A stretch of 64,000 nucleotides of DNA from Candidatus Nanohalarchaeota archaeon (GTDB lineage: Archaea; Nanohalarchaeota; Nanosalinia; Nanosalinales; JAFCCC01), in assembly GCA_017610385.1 (NCBI GenBank), contig JAFCCC010000002.1, positions 94,570 through 158,569 on the forward strand. The letters run 5' to 3'. Positions 43,932 to 51,731 of this stretch are shown one piece after another (position 1 is the first letter of the stretch; every line of letters starts with the position of its first letter). Position numbers and translations under genes: made by a program. The notes under the pieces were generated by a model, which saw only the letters and a program-made list of their open reading frames with translations, was not told the origin of the DNA and ran no database searches.

Positions 43932-45139
43932 TAAAGGATTATTTTAAAATTGCGACAGGAGGATTTATTCATAGGAAAAAAAGGACGTGGTTAACTCTTT
44001 TAGGAATAATTATAGGAATTGCATCTGTTGTTTCTTTGCTTTCATTAGGTTTTGGTATGTATGAGTCTTTAAATGAACAATTTGAAATGATGGGGGCAGA
44101 TAAAATAATTATTACCCCTGGCGGATCTCTTTTTGGGTTGGGCGCTGGCGGGGCCAAAATACTAACAGAAGACGATCTAAGTAGTATTGAATCTGTTTCT
44201 GGAATATATAGTGCAACTCCTTGGCTTTACAAATCCGCAAGACTGAAGTTCAATAGAGAGATTAAGTATGGAATGATTTTGGCTACAACTACGAATCCTG
44301 ACGAAAGTATGCTTAAATCATTTAGTAATTTAGAAATCATCGCTGGTAGAGACTTTAAATTACGAGATCATAACAAAATGATTATAGGTTATCGTATTTC
44401 TACTGGAAAATTCTTTAATCACGGAGTTAAAGTCGGAGATAAAATTGAAGTTCAAGACAGAAAATTTGAAGTTATAGGGATTACGAGTGAAGTTGGAAAT
44501 CCTCAAGACGATAGTCAAATCTATATTCCAATAAATGACGCGAGAGAGATTTTTAATGAAAATGAAAAAATAGATATGATCTTTGCTCAAGTAAGAGATG
44601 AAAACAAAGTAGTATCTGTCTCTGAAAACGTAGAACGGGCTTTAAGAAGATCTAGAAATGTAAAAGAAGGACAAGAAGATTTTAGTGTTATTACTTATGA
44701 TCAAATTAGGGGCACATTCAATATAATTTTTTCAGCATTAATTGCAGTAATTATTGGTATTGCGGCTATTTCTTTAATTGTGGGAGGTATTGGAATTACC
44801 AATACAATGTACACCTCGGTTTTAGAAAGAACAAAAGAAATAGGAATTATGAAAGCTCTTGGCGCGAGAAATAGGGCTATTTTAACAATTTTTGTAATTG
44901 AGGCGGGTTTATTGGGGTTGGTTGGTGGAGTAATTGGAATAATTTTGGGGGTGTTCTTGGGCTTGTTAGTTAAAACCGTTGCTAGTGCTGGGGGTATTAG
45001 TCTAATCAGAGCATCATTTCCAGCTTGGTTAATTATTGGTTCTTTACTTTTTTCTATTTTGATAGGTATTATTTCGGGGGTTTTTCCAGCTAAAAAAGCA
45101 GCTAAATTGAATCCTGCAGATGCTCTTCGGTATGAATAA
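43928..45139 (+). CDS. ABC transporter permease, FtsX/MacB type (paralog)
   Basis: Same architecture as the upstream permease. Start placed at the ATG overlapping the upstream stop (ATGA). Confidence 0.88.
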   Translation: MIKDYFKIATGGFIHRKKRTWLTLLGIIIGIASVVSLLSLGFGMYESLNEQFEMMGADKIIITPGGSLFGLGAGGAKILTEDDLSSIESVSGIYSATPWLYKSARLKFNREIKYGMILATTTNPDESMLKSFSNLEIIAGRDFKLRDHNKMIIGYRISTGKFFNHGVKVGDKIEVQDRKFEVIGITSEVGNPQDDSQIYIPINDAREIFNENEKIDMIFAQVRDENKVVSVSENVERALRRSRNVKEGQEDFSVITYDQIRGTFNIIFSALIAVIIGIAAISLIVGGIGITNTMYTSVLERTKEIGIMKALGARNRAILTIFVIEAGLLGLVGGVIGIILGVFLGLLVKTVASAGGISLIRASFPAWLIIGSLLFSILIGIISGVFPAKKAAKLNPADALRYE

Positions 45140-45184
45140 TTCTTTTTGGTAAATTCAATATTCGGCAATATAGAAAGTTTCGAT

Positions 45185-45523
45185 TTAATTTAAATTTTCA
45201 TTAAGCCATTGTTTTATGGCCTCTTCAGATTGTATCCCAATAAACCCACCGATAACTTCACCATCCTTGAAAAGTTTAACAGAAGGTATACTTACTACAT
45301 TATATTCTCTAGCCTTATTTGGATTTTCATCGGCATCTGCTTCTGCTAAAATAAACTTTCCATTAAAATCCTTGGTCAGCTTTTCTAGGATGGGCTTTAG
45401 TATCTGACATGGCATACACCAACTAGCCCAGAAATCAACAAGTACTGGCACTGTTTTAGATTTTTCTATGACGTTCTCATCAAAATTTGTATCTTGGATG
45501 TCTATTTTGTGTTCTATATTCAT
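45185..45523 (-). CDS. trx: thioredoxin
   Basis: Contains the WASWCMPCQ active site; 112 aa. Confidence 0.9.
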   Translation of the reverse strand: MNIEHKIDIQDTNFDENVIEKSKTVPVLVDFWASWCMPCQILKPILEKLTKDFNGKFILAEADADENPNKAREYNVVSIPSVKLFKDGEVIGGFIGIQSEEAIKQWLNENLN

Positions 45524-45608
45524 TTTTCTGCCCTTAGAGTCAATTGATAAGACACTATTATCTATAATGAGCTCATACTGCTTTTTATATTATTAGATTT
45601 TATAAAAC

Positions 45609-46205
45609 ATGCTCAATTTTATATGGGTCGAAGTTCAATATTTTTTTATGGGGCAAAAAAAGAAAAATGAGACGCAGAAGATGTTGGGTGAATCTGATCA
45701 GGAAAATCAGAAAACACTATCTGAACAAACTGAACAAACCAAAATCGAAGATACACAAATTGAAGAAAAAGTTCCAGAACAAACTCTAGAAGAACTATCT
45801 GCAGAAGAATCAGTTCCAATAGAAAAAACTGTGCCAGAACCTTCTAAGGTTACTATCGGAGAGACGCCTAAGAATAAGGAAACAGAAAAAAAGAAAGAAG
45901 AATCTGAGGAAAATGTAATTCCTATTGAGATGGCTCCAGATTGTGAAAGCTGCGGAATGCCTATGCAAAGAGCTACAGATCATGGTAACGAAGATTTGAA
46001 TAATCCGTACTGCGTGAGTTGTACTGATGACGAAGGTAAACTAAAAAGTTTTGATGTTGTTAAAACGCAGATGATTGAGTTTTATACTCAAATTAAAAAT
46101 TGTTCGTGGTTAGAGGCTGAGAATGTAGTTGCTGAAATGATGAAACATTTGCCAGCATGGAATAAAAATGAAAAACCAAAAGAAGAAAGTGTGTCTACCC
46201 AATAA
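45609..46205 (+). CDS. acidic protein with a C-terminal putative zinc-ribbon domain
   Basis: Contains CESCGMPM...NPYCVSCTDDEGKL (CxxC...CxxC). The real start may be the internal MGQKKK (nt 45648). Confidence 0.5.
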   Translation: MLNFIWVEVQYFFMGQKKKNETQKMLGESDQENQKTLSEQTEQTKIEDTQIEEKVPEQTLEELSAEESVPIEKTVPEPSKVTIGETPKNKETEKKKEESEENVIPIEMAPDCESCGMPMQRATDHGNEDLNNPYCVSCTDDEGKLKSFDVVKTQMIEFYTQIKNCSWLEAENVVAEMMKHLPAWNKNEKPKEESVSTQ

Positions 46206-46464
46206 ACTCTTGAAGTTCCGTTTCAGCTTCTGGGGTATCTAATACTCCCGCAACTTCCTCAATTTCTGCATATTCTCTTAATTCGTCTAACTTTTTGTCT
46301 AATTTTTCAATAGATTCATCTTCACAAACGCAAACAATCACAAAAGGGTCTAATGCAAAATGATGAAGTTCTTTTAATTCTAAGGCAAATCCTTTATTTT
46401 TTACTTTGCTTATGAACTCCTTGAACTTCGCTTCAATTACTCTAAACTCCAAAAAGAATTTCAT
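46195..46464 (-). CDS. hypothetical small protein
   Basis: 89-aa ORF; no motif recognised. Confidence 0.4.
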   Translation of the reverse strand: MKFFLEFRVIEAKFKEFISKVKNKGFALELKELHHFALDPFVIVCVCEDESIEKLDKKLDELREYAEIEEVAGVLDTPEAETELQEFIG

Positions 46465-46505
46465 TTCCTTTAGTTTTTAATACAAAACATTTAAATACGT
46501 TAAAT

Positions 46506-46830
46506 TCCGAGCGTTCGGATAAGCTTTTTGCACAAAAGTAAAGGCGCAAAAATCTTAAGCAAATAAGCCTTTTTAGTAAAAGGCTTAAGCGAAAATTAAA
46601 CAGCGAGTTACGAGTATAACTCACTAAGCCTTTTTAGTAAAAGGCTTAAGCGAAAAGAAAATGAGCTTTTCAGATAAAAGCTCACGGAAACTTGTTAAGT
46701 TTCCTAAATCGGAAATTAATGCATTTCCAATTCAAGCAAAATAAGCGTTTTGCACAAAAGTAAACGTGCAAAAATCTTAAGCAAAAATACGTTACCACCA
46801 AGCGTTTTTAAAGAACGGTTTAATCCAAAT
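46506..46830. repeat. array C of back-to-back hairpin modules
   Basis: At least nine consecutive stem-loops. They include the 31-nt Z unit twice (46565-46595, 46626-46656), block Y (46663-46746) and block X (46743-46798). Confidence 0.85.
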
Positions 46831-46981
46831 TAATCTTAATCACATGAAGGCAATTACCAACTTAAGTGACATTCCTTTGCAAATCCATTTTACAAGACCA
46901 CGCACAAGAAAATAAATAAAAATAAAACAAAACGAAATACACTTAAAGTTGTAAAGTAATTACTTACTCAGGGTAAAAACA

Positions 46982-47434
46982 ATGGATTACAAACTTACGC
47001 AAGCAGAAAAAGAAGATTTAATCCAACTCGGTCTTGAAACAGAATTCAACTTTGATTGTGATGATTTAGACGAAGGTCAACGTGGATCTTACATTCCAAA
47101 AATCTTCGAAAGATCAGAAACACCAGGTTATTCTGTCGTGATTCAAAATGGTCGCCTTTTAGTGGTGGCGGATGACTCTGGTCAAGAATATGTTGCAGTT
47201 GCAGCATCATCCCAGTTAACTACCGATGATTTTGCTACAGAAAAATCTCAAAATGCTGAAAAAATGTTTGATGAACTATTTTTGGCGGACGAACAAGGAG
47301 ATCTTTTACCAAAATCAAGAGAAGAAGAAATTTCGGCATTTTTGAATGGCGTCAAAAAAGAACTTGGAAGAATGTATGATAAATCACAAAAAGACTACGA
47401 ACAGTGGAAAAAAGAACAGGAAACAGAAGTATAA
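46982..47434 (+). CDS. hypothetical acidic protein
   Basis: 150-aa ORF; no motif recognised. Confidence 0.45.
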   Translation: MDYKLTQAEKEDLIQLGLETEFNFDCDDLDEGQRGSYIPKIFERSETPGYSVVIQNGRLLVVADDSGQEYVAVAASSQLTTDDFATEKSQNAEKMFDELFLADEQGDLLPKSREEEISAFLNGVKKELGRMYDKSQKDYEQWKKEQETEV

Positions 47435-47539
47435 TAAATTAAATTAAAAACAAAACATATTCTGTTCAAATTAGAAATTTCTATTGAGTTTTGAAAATCA
47501 AGAAATACCTTTAAAAGCTTTGCGATAGTATATTGAATT

Positions 47540-47653
47540 GTTGGCGGTCACAGCGAAGGGGCCACACCCGTACCCATTTCGAACACGGAAGTTAAGCCCT
47601 TCAGCGATTCGAACAGTACTTTCTTCGGAAGGGAAAATCGAGACGCTGCCAGC
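47540..47653 (+). rRNA. rrf: 5S ribosomal RNA
   Basis: The sequence GGCGGTCACAGCGAAGGGGCCACACCCGTACCCATTTCGAACACGGAAGTTAAGCCCTTCAGCG...GTACT... matches the conserved 5S core. The termini pair as helix I. The ends are accurate to within a few nt. Confidence 0.9.
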
Positions 47654-47667
47654 TTATTTTTACTTTT
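47654..47667 (+). terminator. T-rich tract after 5S rRNA
   Basis: The sequence ttatttttactttt lies immediately 3' of helix I. Confidence 0.35.
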
Positions 47668-47670
47668 ACT

Positions 47671-48129
47671 CTACTGTGTGAGGTTCATTGGCAAGTGAGA
47701 GAGTAGATCTTTTAATTCTGAGAGATTTTTTGTGTTGTTTAAGGGCAATCCACTAAAAATTTCTTTAAGGTTTCCTATACGCGGAATAAAGAACTCTTTA
47801 ATGGCAAAAAATGCAAAAATCAATAAAATAGTCATAACAATGGATAAAATTAATCCAATTATGCTTGTAATTAAACCAGCAGTTCCAACACCTGTGGGAG
47901 TTCTCTTTTGTTGAACAGCGCTAAATACTATTCCGAAGATTCCAAGAATAATTCCAATAGGCGGCAGAAGCGTTATACACACCAAACTTAAAATTCCAAG
48001 AACTAATCCTGTAATACCAAAACCATTTCCATATTCTTTTTTGGTAGGTTTTTTAGATTCAACTTTTATCACTTTCTTAACTGGTTTTTTAAGAGTTTTT
48101 TTAGTTTGTGTTGTTTTCTTTATAGGCAT
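47671..48129 (-). CDS. small membrane protein (DUF4190-like Gly/Ile-rich TM hairpins) with a Lys-rich N-terminus
   Basis: Contains GITGLVLGILSLV..., GIILGIFGIVFS and GLITSIIGLILSIV segments. Confidence 0.55.
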   Translation of the reverse strand: MPIKKTTQTKKTLKKPVKKVIKVESKKPTKKEYGNGFGITGLVLGILSLVCITLLPPIGIILGIFGIVFSAVQQKRTPTGVGTAGLITSIIGLILSIVMTILLIFAFFAIKEFFIPRIGNLKEIFSGLPLNNTKNLSELKDLLSHLPMNLTQ

Positions 48130-48221
48130 AAATATATTTAAGGTGAGTGATCATTTATTAATTATCCATACTTGCCCTAAACGAAACCTTTAAAAATTCA
48201 AGCACAGAATGGTTACAAAGT

Positions 48222-48432
48222 AAGCCTTTTTAGCGAATAAGCTTTTTGCACAAAAGTAAACGTGCAAAAATCTTAACCAAAAATACGTTACCACTGAGCT
48301 TTTCAGATAAAAGCTCACGGAAACTTGTTAAGTTTCCTAAATCGGAAATTAATGCATTTCCAATTCAAGCAAAATAAGCCGTTTAATAAAGGCTTAAGCG
48401 AATAAGCTTTTCAAATAAAGGCTTAAGCAAAA
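48222..48432. repeat. array D of hairpin modules upstream of tRNA-Asp
   Basis: Contains a truncated Z unit (48222-48233), block X (48239-48294), block Y (48296-48379) and two degenerate Z-like hairpins (about 48375-48432). Confidence 0.85.
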
Positions 48433-48473
48433 TAAAAACAAAAATCCTAAACCCAAAATTAAAAATAGATGAT

Positions 48474-48608
48474 GCCTCGGTAGTGTAGTGAAGTTTATGT
48501 CTTTTTGACAAACTCTATAGGCCCATCATACACGCCTGTCAATCCGCAAAAGAAGGAGCTTTGTGGAACAGATCGCGTGTGACACGGGTTCGACTCCCGT
48601 TCGAGGCG
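48474..48608 (+). tRNA. tRNA-Asp (anticodon GUC) with two introns (D-loop and anticodon loop 37/38)
   Basis: Hand-folded. Acceptor is GCCTCGG/TCGAGGC. The D region GTGT-AGTG[30-nt intron]GCCCATCAT matches the archaeal tRNA-Asp D-loop. The anticodon stem is CACGC/GCGTG with CTGTCA[32-nt intron]C. The T arm is ACGGG-TTCGACT-CCCGT. Confidence 0.85.
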
Positions 48609-48641
48609 CTCTTTAATTATTCTAAAGTTTCATTACTAAAT

Positions 48642-48760
48642 ATGAATATTTTTCTAACATTTGTGTGGATTTATGCGGCCATGTTTGCGATGTCGTTTTA
48701 GGAGGCGTATGTAGAAGGAAGAATGCGCGGATAAAGGGAAAATTGAGTTAGAAATACAAT
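48642..48760 (+). pseudogene. decayed duplicate of the 5' end of the membrane-protein gene at 49224
   Basis: Aligns without gaps to 49224-49340 at roughly three quarters identity. It carries in-frame stops, for example TGG to TAG at codon 20. Confidence 0.75.
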
Positions 48761-48835
48761 ATAACAAAAAAGTTATGGGGGTGTTTGGTTTAACTCAAAA
48801 AAACAAAGTTAAAAAAAGAAAAAACAGAAGAGAAC

Positions 48836-48958
48836 TTAGTCCTCTTCATCAGATTCATCGAAGTCAGGGTCGTCGCCTTCTTCAGGTTTTTTTGTACCTT
48901 CTTCTGGTTCCTTTTCTTCTTCGTCATCTTCTTCTAAAAAGTCGAAATTGAATCTCAT
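48836..48958 (-). CDS. possible 40-aa highly acidic small protein
   Basis: ORF below the track cutoff: MRFNFDFLEEDDEEEKEPEEGTKKPEEGDDPDFDESDEED. Confidence 0.3.
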   Translation of the reverse strand: MRFNFDFLEEDDEEEKEPEEGTKKPEEGDDPDFDESDEED

Positions 48959-49223
48959 TTTTATCAACTCTTCCTCAGTTTGAGGAGCATAATCTTCTAC
49001 AATTAAATACTAAACGGAATTGTCTTCGTAGAAGTTTTTTGATATTCGATAATTAATCGATTTTTGTTATAACTAACTTTAATAGATTAAATCAGTTTCG
49101 ATTTTTCTGACTTTGCACATAAGCTCTGAGTTTATTATAGAAAATGATTAATTTGTATAAAAAACAGGTTTTTCTTAAGTGTTTTTAGAATTACATTTAA
49201 ACTGAAAAATGTAATTTTTATAG

Positions 49224-49667
49224 ATGAATATCTGGTTAATTTTTGTTTGGATATATGCCGCTATGTTTGCAATGTCTTTTTGGGAATCATATGTTGAAGG
49301 TAGAAAAGCGTGGACAAAAGGAAAACTTGGTTGGAAATGGAAAATAACTAGAAGGCTTTGTTTTGACGGATATCATTTTTATTTGGATATAATCATGTTG
49401 CCTTTGTTAATTATGCTTCCTTTAGTTGTTTTTGGATGGGATCAAAGGATTTTTGGAGTCTTACTCAGCGCATATTTTTCCGGAACAATAGTCGAAGATT
49501 TTGGATGGTATATAGTTAATCCAAAAGTTAAATTAAGAGAATTTTGGAGTTCTTTTTCAGATTATTATCCTTGGATTAAAATTGGAAAAAAGAAAATACT
49601 TCCTTGGGGGTATGTTATAGCAATTGTAATTTCAATTCTTTCTTGGTACTTTTTGTGGAGGTTGTGA
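49224..49667 (+). CDS. small integral membrane protein
   Basis: 147 aa with about four TM segments. Its stop overlaps the next start (TGATG). Confidence 0.6.
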   Translation: MNIWLIFVWIYAAMFAMSFWESYVEGRKAWTKGKLGWKWKITRRLCFDGYHFYLDIIMLPLLIMLPLVVFGWDQRIFGVLLSAYFSGTIVEDFGWYIVNPKVKLREFWSSFSDYYPWIKIGKKKILPWGYVIAIVISILSWYFLWRL

Positions 49668-50845
49668 TGCACAAAAAGGGGGTTATTATGATTGTAGTTG
49701 TAGTGCTCCTTTTTTTAATTGTTTTTGGGTTTAAATACAAACAAGAATCAACAGAAGTTTTCGGGGTTTCAAGAAGCGGCGTAATTCAGGGAAACGAAGT
49801 GTGGTCTAAAACAATTTATATTACAGGGGATACAATTGTTCCAAAAGGAATAACGGTTATTATAAAGCCGGGAACCAAAATTTTAATAAAGGCGAATTAT
49901 GACGACCAAAATGAGGGGGGAAATCACATAATTGATGAAGTAACATATAATGATCCTACTTCAAGCACAGAATACACTTCAATGCATGCACATTTTTTTA
50001 TACATGGGAAATTAATCGCTGTTGGTACTCCAGAAGAAAAAATAATTTTTACCTCTGATTCAGAAGATCCGAAACACACGGACTGGGATGGCATAACCTT
50101 TGAGTCCACTAGTTCTGGAGAGATGAAATATTGCATCATAGAGTGGGCACATACTGGACCAGCAATACATAGAACAAACAAAGTAAATATTTCTTATTGT
50201 GAAATTAAACACATTTTTTGGGGTGGTTTACATGCTTTTGAAAGTTCGCCAACTTTTGAATATAATCTTTTAGATGATATTGGTCACGAAGCTTTTGACA
50301 CGCACAAAGCAAGCCCAATGATTCGATTTAATAATATAAGCCACGCAAGAACAGGCGCTGTATTTAATTATTATGATCTTTCCACACAAAAGCCATTGAT
50401 ATTTGAAAACAACATTATTGAAAACAGTGGTAATTTAGCAGCATTGCAAGAGAATGCAAAGGTCATTATCAGAAACAATAAATTTATTGGTTCTAAAGAT
50501 ACTGGCGGACCGTGGCAGTACAAGGGATTTACATTATTTTCTGAGGAATATTCAAATGGGTTTTTATTGACAGATAACGTTGGCGTTGAAATAACTAACA
50601 ATATTTTTGTGGGAATTGAAAATGCAATAAGCTATAAACGAATCGGGCCGAATGCGGGCGTAGGTCATACAACGAATATTCCAGAACCTTTTGAAATTGG
50701 AGAAAATCCAATTAGAATTCTAATAAAAAATAATTATTTTGATGACCTGCGAACTGAGAAACAATTGGAAGAAATAGAAGAAAAGTGGGAAAATGTTGAA
50801 CTCATTAATAATTCTTTTGGAGATTCTGAACAAAGCTTTCCTTAA
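49667..50845 (+). CDS. membrane-anchored right-handed parallel beta-helix (PbH1/pectin-lyase-fold) repeat protein
   Basis: Contains an N-terminal TM segment (VIMIVVVVLLFLIVF). Repeated motifs include ..ENNIIENSGN.., ..IIRNNKFIGS.. and ..EITNNIFVGIENAI... Start moved to ATG 49667. Confidence 0.65.
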   Translation: MHKKGVIMIVVVVLLFLIVFGFKYKQESTEVFGVSRSGVIQGNEVWSKTIYITGDTIVPKGITVIIKPGTKILIKANYDDQNEGGNHIIDEVTYNDPTSSTEYTSMHAHFFIHGKLIAVGTPEEKIIFTSDSEDPKHTDWDGITFESTSSGEMKYCIIEWAHTGPAIHRTNKVNISYCEIKHIFWGGLHAFESSPTFEYNLLDDIGHEAFDTHKASPMIRFNNISHARTGAVFNYYDLSTQKPLIFENNIIENSGNLAALQENAKVIIRNNKFIGSKDTGGPWQYKGFTLFSEEYSNGFLLTDNVGVEITNNIFVGIENAISYKRIGPNAGVGHTTNIPEPFEIGENPIRILIKNNYFDDLRTEKQLEEIEEKWENVELINNSFGDSEQSFP

Positions 50846-50888
50846 AAAGCTAAGCTTTATATGGTAGTCCCTTTAAAGTATTGTTATT

Positions 50889-51044
50889 ATGAGAAAAATA
50901 GCAGCCAGAAGAAGACAAGTTGCAAGTATTGATCGGGCAAGAGAACTTCGAATGGACGCGGCAGTAAGAAGGACTAGAATGAGAAGAGCTGCAGCATATC
51001 GATCCAGTTCTATACGAAGATCAAGAAGCGCCGTTAGGAAATAA
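50889..51044 (+). CDS. possible 51-aa Arg-rich small protein
   Basis: ORF below the track cutoff: MRKIAARRRQVASIDRARELRMDAAVRRTRMRRAAAYRSSSIRRSRSAVRK. Confidence 0.3.
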   Translation: MRKIAARRRQVASIDRARELRMDAAVRRTRMRRAAAYRSSSIRRSRSAVRK

Positions 51045-51170
51045 GACTAAAAGTTTTAAGAAGCTTTTTAGTTGTATTTTAATTTTTATAGGTTTTGAAC
51101 TCTTTAAAGAAGTATGACTTTAAAGAAATTTCAGATGGTTTTATAAAGAGGTTTGGTCAAGTTTAATTTT

Positions 51171-51722
51171 ATGTGGTTTATTTGGACATTAATTGCCCTT
51201 GCAATTCTATTCGTAACTGCGTTTACTAGTTATTTTAATAAAATTGTTCGCTTTGAAAATAGGATAGATAATTCTTGGCAACAGATTGATGTTCAATTGA
51301 AAAAAAGGGCCGATTTGGTTCCTAATTTAGTAGAAACAGTTAAAGGATATGCTAAACACGAGAAGAAGATTATGGAAGAGGTTTCTACAGCTCGTGAAAG
51401 AATGGTGAATGCAGGAACTTTTGATGAAAAGGTTAAGGCAGGAAATGTTTTGGGAAATGCCTTAAGATCTGTTTTTGCTATCGCAGAAAATTATCCAACG
51501 TTAAAGGCTAATGAAAATTTTAAACAATTACAAGAAGAACTTTCTGCAATAGAAAATAAAATTGCATATGCACGACAACATTATAATGATTCTGTTTTAG
51601 TTTTTAATAATACAATTGAAACCTTTCCAGGAAACATTTTTGCAGGATTCATGAATAAAAAAGAAAGAAAAGGATTGGAAATAACAACTGCTGAAAGAGA
51701 ACTTCCGAAGGTTTCATTCTAA
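51171..51722 (+). CDS. lemA: LemA-family protein
   Basis: Contains an N-terminal TM segment, then W.QIDVQLKRRADL-type motif (SWQQIDVQLKKRADLVPNLVETVKGYAKHE), ENYPTLKANENF and AYARQHYNDSV. Confidence 0.85.
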   Translation: MWFIWTLIALAILFVTAFTSYFNKIVRFENRIDNSWQQIDVQLKKRADLVPNLVETVKGYAKHEKKIMEEVSTARERMVNAGTFDEKVKAGNVLGNALRSVFAIAENYPTLKANENFKQLQEELSAIENKIAYARQHYNDSVLVFNNTIETFPGNIFAGFMNKKERKGLEITTAERELPKVSF

Positions 51723-51731
51723 TTGGTTAAA

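Noticed and set aside
43508-45168. Long minus-strand ORFs 43508-43972 and 44701-45168 (154 and 155 aa) with similar sequences.
   Set aside because: They are antisense to the two FtsX-type permease genes. Their mutual similarity only mirrors the conserved permease tract.
46442-46624. ORF-track entry 46442-46624 (minus strand, 60 aa).
   Set aside because: It lies inside hairpin array C, and its reading frame is generated by the palindromic repeats.
46565-46656. Two identical 31-nt repeats separated by a 30-nt unique sequence look like a mini CRISPR array.
   Set aside because: There are only two identical units. Neighbouring units are different hairpins of varying length, and the putative spacer is itself a hairpin. 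Copies elsewhere are single units flanking a tRNA, and there are no cas genes in the window. A REP-like hairpin family fits better.
46663-46746. ggaaa...tttcc dyads as origin-recognition boxes of a replication origin.
   Set aside because: There is no orc1/cdc6 gene or obvious AT-rich unwinding element arrangement nearby. The dyads do not match ORB sequences I know, and the same block is duplicated 1.6 kb away next to a tRNA. This cannot be fully excluded without whole-genome GC-skew analysis.
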